Assembly (NCBI GenBank): GCA_963815215.1
Contig: CAWFFU010000008.1
Coordinates: 192,001-256,000, forward strand
DNA: 64,000 nt
From: an uncultured Trueperaceae bacterium
Lineage (GTDB): Bacteria; Deinococcota; Deinococci; Deinococcales; Trueperaceae
Direction: 5' to 3'
A model generated the notes under the pieces. It saw only the letters and a list, made by a program, of their open reading frames with translations, was not told where the DNA came from and searched no databases. Of this stretch, positions 59,128 to 64,000 are shown one piece after another; within the stretch, counting starts at the first letter, position 1, and every line of letters begins with the position of its first letter. The translations under genes and the position numbers were made by a program.

Positions 59128-59760
59128 GTGAGCGACCCGTCCGAGCTGCTCGAACGCAACCGCGCCTGGGCCGGAAGCATGGCGCGCCAGGACGCCGGCT
59201 ACTTCCCACGGCTCGCCGCCCAGCAAGAGCCCCGTTACCTGTGGATCGGCTGCGCCGACTCGCGCGTGCCGGCGAACGTCATCGCCGGCCTCGACCCCGG
59301 CGAGGTGTTCGTCCACCGCAACATCGCCAACGTCTTCTCCCACACCGACCTCAACGCCCTCACGGTGCTGGAATACGCGGTGTCGGTGCTGAAGGTGGAG
59401 CACGTCATCGTGTGCGGTCACTACGGCTGTGGCGGCGTGAATGCCGCCCTCGACCAGCAGCGGCACGGCCTCATCGACAATTGGCTGCGCCTCATCAAGG
59501 ACGTCGCGGCCAAGCACGAGCACGTGCTCGCGGCGGCGCCCGACGCCGCCGCCCGGGCCGAGCGGCTGGCCGAGCTCAACGCCATCGAGCAGACCCGCAA
59601 CGTCTGCACCACCAGCATCGTCCAGGACGCTTGGGCGCGCGGACAGGAGCTTACCGTCCGCGCCTGGATCTACGGCCTCAGCGACGGCCTGCTGCGCGAC
59701 CTGGGGTTCGTGGTGTGCAGCCCCGACGAGGTCGATGCTGCACACCGGCTGTCGGTCTGA
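59128..59760 (+). CDS. can: Beta-class carbonic anhydrase
   Basis: WIGCADSRV, FVHRNIAN, CGHYGCGG; TATCAT 6 nt before GTG. Confidence 0.94.
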   Translation: MSDPSELLERNRAWAGSMARQDAGYFPRLAAQQEPRYLWIGCADSRVPANVIAGLDPGEVFVHRNIANVFSHTDLNALTVLEYAVSVLKVEHVIVCGHYGCGGVNAALDQQRHGLIDNWLRLIKDVAAKHEHVLAAAPDAAARAERLAELNAIEQTRNVCTTSIVQDAWARGQELTVRAWIYGLSDGLLRDLGFVVCSPDEVDAAHRLSV

Positions 59761-59846
59761 ACCACGAGGTCACACGCGGGTCCCGCACGGCGCGCGACAC
59801 GAGCGCGGCGCCCATCGCACGGACCGCTTCCGTACGGCGTTCGACG

Positions 59847-60299
59847 TCAGGCGCCGCCCGCCCCCCGTTCGCGCGCCAGCAGATCGCGGATCTCGGTCAG
59901 CAGCCGCTCCTCCGCGGGCGGAGGCGGCGGCACGACAGGCTCGGACGGCTCCGTGCGATTCTCGCCGCGACGCTTCATGGCGTTGAACGAGCGGATGACC
60001 ATGAACAGGACGAAGGCGATGATCAGGAAGTTGATGACGGTGTTCAGGAAGGCCCCGTACTGGATGACGGGAGCGCCGGCGGCCACCGCATCCTTGACCG
60101 AGGCATAGGCCCCGGCACCCTTCAGGATGATGCCCAGGTTGCTGAAGTCGACCCCGCCGAGGACCAGGCCGATGACCGGCATGATCACCTGATTGACGAG
60201 GGATGTGGTGATGGCTCCGAACGCAGCACCGATGATGACGGCGACCGCCAGGTCCAGCACGTTGCCACGGCTGATGAACTCCCGGAACTCCTTGAGCAC
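59847..60299 (-). CDS. mscL: Large-conductance mechanosensitive channel
   Basis: [35 protein letters not shown]. Confidence 0.96.
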   Translation of the reverse strand: MLKEFREFISRGNVLDLAVAVIIGAAFGAITTSLVNQVIMPVIGLVLGGVDFSNLGIILKGAGAYASVKDAVAAGAPVIQYGAFLNTVINFLIIAFVLFMVIRSFNAMKRRGENRTEPSEPVVPPPPPAEERLLTEIRDLLARERGAGGA

Positions 60300-60493
60300 G
60301 ACGACCTCCATGGTCCTGTGGACCGTCAACCTCCCGTCCACTTTAAACGAGCGCCACGCAACGAACGACCACGCGCACGGCCCGGTGGCCCGGCCCGGCG
60401 TCGCAACGCAGTCGCCGTCTGCCGCGGCGACCCCGAGGCGGACCGACGGGTCGTTCCGTCAACGGATCCGACCGAGATGGTGGCGCACCCCGC

Positions 60494-60522
60494 TTGTTGG
60501 TTCCAGGTGGAACCGGTAGCAT
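60494..60522 (+). promoter_or_regulatory. Promoter TTGTTG-N17-TAGCAT with a palindromic operator in the spacer
   Basis: GGTTCCA-gg-TGGAACC at 60499-60514. Confidence 0.5.
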
Positions 60523-60600
60523 CGACCGTGGGGTCCCTGGACCCCGCAGAAGGCACCCGAGGAGCGCACCCCGATCGAGAACAACGACGAGCCGCCCCAG

Positions 60601-62103
60601 ATGTCCGCTGGCCCCGCTGCGCCGCCCCACGCTGAACCGCCGCCGGGCGCGCAGCCAACGGGCAAGTGGGTCACACTGGCCATCGTGGGTATCGGTGTCT
60701 TCATGGCCACGCTCGACGCCTCCATCGTCAACATCAGCTTGCCTGCCATCGCGCACCGTTTCGGGGTGTCTCTCAACGGCGTTATCGAGTGGGTGGTCAT
60801 CGCCTACCTGCTCGCCGTCGCCACCTTGCTCCTGACGACGGGGCGCCTGGCCGACATGATCGGGCACAAGCCGATCTGGGTGGCGGGCCTGGCGACCTTC
60901 ACCGTCGGCTCCGCCCTGTGCGGCGCCGCGCCGTCCCTGGAAGCGCTGGTGGGCTTCCGGGCCTTCCAGGGTGTGGGTGGCGCTTTCCTGATGGCGATCA
61001 GCCCCGCCATGCTGACGGTTGCCTTCCCACCCCAGGAGCGCGGCCGCGCATTGGGGTTGAATGCCGTGATCGTGGCCCTGGGCGTAAGCACCGGACCGAC
61101 GCTGGGGGGCTTGCTGACCCATGCCTTCACCTGGCGCGCCATCTTCTACGTCAACGTGCCGATCGGCCTCATCGGGATCGTGGCCACCATGAGGCTTCTT
61201 CGCCGCCGCACGCCTCCGGGTCGCGGGCGGTTCGACCCGGCCGGCGCCGCTCTGCTGGCGCTCGGGCTCGGCGGGATCACGGTCGGGCTGTCGTTCGGAG
61301 AGGCCTGGGGATGGGGCTCGCCGGCGCTGCTGACGACGCTGGCGACCGGCCTCACGGCCATGATCGCGCTCGTCTACGCGGAGCGCCGACTGACCGACCC
61401 CATCCTCGACCTGGCCCTGCTCCGCAACCGCCTGTTCGCCGCGGCCAACGTCAGCCTGGTGCTGAGCTTCCTGGCGTTGTTCACGGTGAGCTTCCTGCTG
61501 CCCTTCTACCTGGAGGAGCTCCGCAACTTCACGACGCTTAAGGCGGGCCTGCTGCTCACCCCGCTTCCCCTCACCATCGCCTGCATCGCGCCCTTCAGTG
61601 GCTCGCTCGCCGACCGTATCGGCACGCGTTGGCTGGCGTCGGTGGGCCTCGCCATCGCCTGCGCCGGACTCCTCCTGATCGCTACGCTCACGGCCACGAC
61701 GCCGCTGTGGCGCGTCATCGCGACGCTGGTCCTGACCGGTATCGGTCAGGGTCTGTTCCAATCGCCCAACAACAGCGCGCTGATGGGTGCTGCACCGCGC
61801 CACCGCCAGGGTGTCGCAGCCGGCATGCTGGCCACCGGCCGAGTGGTGGGCCAGAGCGTCAGCGTGGCGCTCGCCGGTGCGATCTTCATCGCATTGGGTG
61901 GCGCCGCCGCCGGCGCACAGCTCCAGGCGTTGGCGACCGCGCACCCGGGTGACGGCGGTGCCGGCGTCGCCGCACTGCAGCAGAGCTTCTCCGTGGCGTT
62001 CCACGCCGCCTTCCTGGCGAGTGCCGCCATCGCCGCCGTCGGCGTGTTCACCTCCCTGGTCCGCGGTCCCGAGACGGTCGTCGGGCGGCACGAGCGCGCC
62101 TGA
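60601..62103 (+). CDS. DHA2 MFS transporter
   Basis: LDASIVNISLP, GRLADMIG, RAFQGVGGA, WRAIFYVNVP, FQSPNN. Confidence 0.93.
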   Translation: MSAGPAAPPHAEPPPGAQPTGKWVTLAIVGIGVFMATLDASIVNISLPAIAHRFGVSLNGVIEWVVIAYLLAVATLLLTTGRLADMIGHKPIWVAGLATFTVGSALCGAAPSLEALVGFRAFQGVGGAFLMAISPAMLTVAFPPQERGRALGLNAVIVALGVSTGPTLGGLLTHAFTWRAIFYVNVPIGLIGIVATMRLLRRRTPPGRGRFDPAGAALLALGLGGITVGLSFGEAWGWGSPALLTTLATGLTAMIALVYAERRLTDPILDLALLRNRLFAAANVSLVLSFLALFTVSFLLPFYLEELRNFTTLKAGLLLTPLPLTIACIAPFSGSLADRIGTRWLASVGLAIACAGLLLIATLTATTPLWRVIATLVLTGIGQGLFQSPNNSALMGAAPRHRQGVAAGMLATGRVVGQSVSVALAGAIFIALGGAAAGAQLQALATAHPGDGGAGVAALQQSFSVAFHAAFLASAAIAAVGVFTSLVRGPETVVGRHERA

Positions 62104-63443
62104 TGGACACGAGCACCAGCGCGCCCCCATTCACGCCCCGAGGGTGGCGCCGCCTCGACCCCGTGGCGCGTGGCCTGATGTCCGCACGCTTCCTGCGGAG
62201 CATGGCGCAAGGGGCCCTGGTGGTCGACTTCGTTCTCTACCTCAAGGCGCTGGGCTGGAGCGCCGCGGCCATCGGCCTCCTGCTCGGCGCGACCGGCGTG
62301 GTGGGCGCGGCCCTGCTCCTCGCCGCCGGCATCCTGAGCGACCGATTCGGCCGTAGACCGTTCCTGATGGGATACCAGCTCGCCTCCGCCCTCGGCGCGC
62401 TGGCGGTCGTGCTGTCGCCGCACTCCTGGGTGCTGGTGCTGACCGCGGTGCTTCTGGGGTACGGCCGCGGCGCCAACGGGGCGGCCGGCCCGTTCGCGCC
62501 CGTCGAGCAGGCGTGGCTGGCAGCGAGCGTGTCCCCTGCAGCGCGCAGCCAGACGTTCAGCCTCAACGCGGCGCTGGGGTTCCTGGGCATGGGACTGGGC
62601 ACGCTCATCGGTTCGGCCGTGCCGCTGTTCGAGCGCTACCTGGACGGCCCGGCCGCCTACGAGCCGCTGTTCGTGCTCAATCTGGTGGTCGCCCTGGTGA
62701 CGACCTGGATGATCGCCCGCTTGCGCGAGCCGGCGCGGCGCGAGGCGCACTCGGCCGACGACGCGTCCGCCCGGGCCGCGGAGCCCGCGCAGCCCGCGCA
62801 GGTGCCCGGCGAGGGCGCCCAGGCGAAGACAGCAGCACGCGACGGTCGCGGCACGGCGCACCCGGCCAGCGTGACACGCCGCGAGAACGTGGCGCTCGCG
62901 TTGTTGACCATGGTGAACTCCGTCAACGCCATCGGCATCGGTCTGATCGGCCCACTGCTGCCCTATTGGTTCGCGGTGCGCTTCGGGGTGGGGCCGGAGG
63001 CCATCGGCTCGGTCTATGCGCTCACGTTCCTATTGACCGCCGTGTCGGCGTTGGTGAGCGGCGAGATGGGCGCACGAGTGGGCGTGGTGCGCTCCATCGT
63101 CGGGCCCCGGACGGTCGGCGTGCTCCTCCTCGTGGCCATGCCCCTCATGCCCTCGTACGGCTGGGCGGCCGGGATCTACGCCGTCCGCTCCATCCTCAAT
63201 CGCGGCACCGCCGGCAACCGCCAGGCGTTCAGCATGGCGCTGGTGCGGGACGCGCGTCGGGGCCTGGCAGGCAGCCTCAACGCCCTGTCGTTCCGCCTGC
63301 CCTCGGCGGTCGGCGCGGCCGTGGCCGGCTGGCTGATCGGGCTGGGGTTCCTCGACCTGCCGTTCTTCATCGCCTCCGGCTTCCAGTTCGCCTACGTGGC
63401 CCTGTTCGGCACGGTCTTGAGGCGCTACGAGGACGGCACGTAG
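62103..63443 (+). CDS. MFS transporter
   Basis: GILSDRFGRR motif A, about 12 hydrophobic segments; TGATG coupling to the upstream gene. Confidence 0.88.
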   Translation: MDTSTSAPPFTPRGWRRLDPVARGLMSARFLRSMAQGALVVDFVLYLKALGWSAAAIGLLLGATGVVGAALLLAAGILSDRFGRRPFLMGYQLASALGALAVVLSPHSWVLVLTAVLLGYGRGANGAAGPFAPVEQAWLAASVSPAARSQTFSLNAALGFLGMGLGTLIGSAVPLFERYLDGPAAYEPLFVLNLVVALVTTWMIARLREPARREAHSADDASARAAEPAQPAQVPGEGAQAKTAARDGRGTAHPASVTRRENVALALLTMVNSVNAIGIGLIGPLLPYWFAVRFGVGPEAIGSVYALTFLLTAVSALVSGEMGARVGVVRSIVGPRTVGVLLLVAMPLMPSYGWAAGIYAVRSILNRGTAGNRQAFSMALVRDARRGLAGSLNALSFRLPSAVGAAVAGWLIGLGFLDLPFFIASGFQFAYVALFGTVLRRYEDGT

Positions 63444-63654
63444 CGCACGCGGCGCGACGATGAGCTGAGCGTGGTGCCTCGATCGTTCGGGATCGCGGCC
63501 CTTCGCGCGCCGGCCGACCCGCCGCTCGGTCGCCGGTTCGCCAACTACCCTCCGAAACCCGCGCCCGTTCCGTTATGCTCGACGCTCAGGCGCGGGGAGC
63601 CGGAAAGGGACCGCACGGAGGCCGCGGAGGGGACCGGGTCGCCGATCGAAAGAG

Positions 63655-64000
63655 ATGGTACTGGCCGAAGTTCTGCGAGAGCTGCGACTCGGAGGCATCG
63701 ACGTCCTGAGCGGGGACGCCTCCCAGATGGAGCTGGCGCGCGTCCGCGAGTACGGTCCCGCGGCGCGAGCGTCCGAGGGAACGCTCTACCTGGTCGCCGG
63801 GGACGGCCTCCCCGAGCACGCCCTGGAACTCGCCCGGCGCGAACGCCACGCCGGGTTCGTGCTGTCCGCCGCCACCGCCGCGAGCCTGGAGACGGGTCTG
63901 CTCGCCGGCTTCAAGGCTACGGTGATCGCGCTCCCCGGCGGGATCCCGCTCGACCTGGGTGCCCGCATCCAGCACCTGATCGACCTCGGTGCGAGCTCGC
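63655..64000 (+). CDS. Partial ORF running off the window end (possibly a PucR-type regulator N-terminus)
   Basis: Manual translation MVLAEVLRELRLGGIDVLSGD...EGTLYLV..., open to the end; family assignment is weak. Confidence 0.5.
   Translation, partial: MVLAEVLRELRLGGIDVLSGDASQMELARVREYGPAARASEGTLYLVAGDGLPEHALELARRERHAGFVLSAATAASLETGLLAGFKATVIALPGGIPLDLGARIQHLIDLGASS

Noticed and set aside
1..64000. tRNA, rRNA, IS elements, integrases, prophage or defence systems
   Set aside because: No such motifs recognised by reading; a tRNAscan/Rfam/DefenseFinder run would be needed to exclude them formally.

Overview
Very GC-rich bacterial chromosomal window, most consistent with Deinococcota (Trueperaceae-like; inferred from the rplU-rpmA-obgE-yqeK-LCP-rsfS gene order, a PCuAC with Met as first ligand, paired TolC-like genes and many -10 boxes directly abutting start codons). 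Left to right: trpF (partial), ppx, yraN, rsfS, LCP, yqeK, obgE, rpmA, rplU; a thioesterase; two divergent, mirror-image RND efflux operons (each with two TolC-like genes, an adaptor and a permease) around a MarR; a SAM hydrolase (DUF62), class I FBP aldolase and MscS; a GntR/CoA-transferase/HMG-CoA-lyase-like unit next to a Liv-type ABC importer; MarR-MFS; AI-2E transporter; an extra RpoD-like sigma factor; VWA, hydrolase, TauE, amidase, FAD oxidoreductase, SCO/PCuAC, CAP, DUF1003, YitT; a DeoR-BtpA-FGGY-SDR-sugar ABC operon; beta carbonic anhydrase, mscL, two MFS genes and a partial ORF. I saw no tRNA, rRNA, CRISPR array, transposase or phage gene. Best leads: (1) the four-component RND modules with an apparently barrel-less TolC paralog and extra membrane segments, (2) an unannotated two-hairpin small RNA/attenuator with its own promoter upstream of the aldolase, (3) a divergent RpoD-like sigma, (4) the BtpA sugar-catabolic operon. 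All product calls come from motif recognition by eye; no searches were run.
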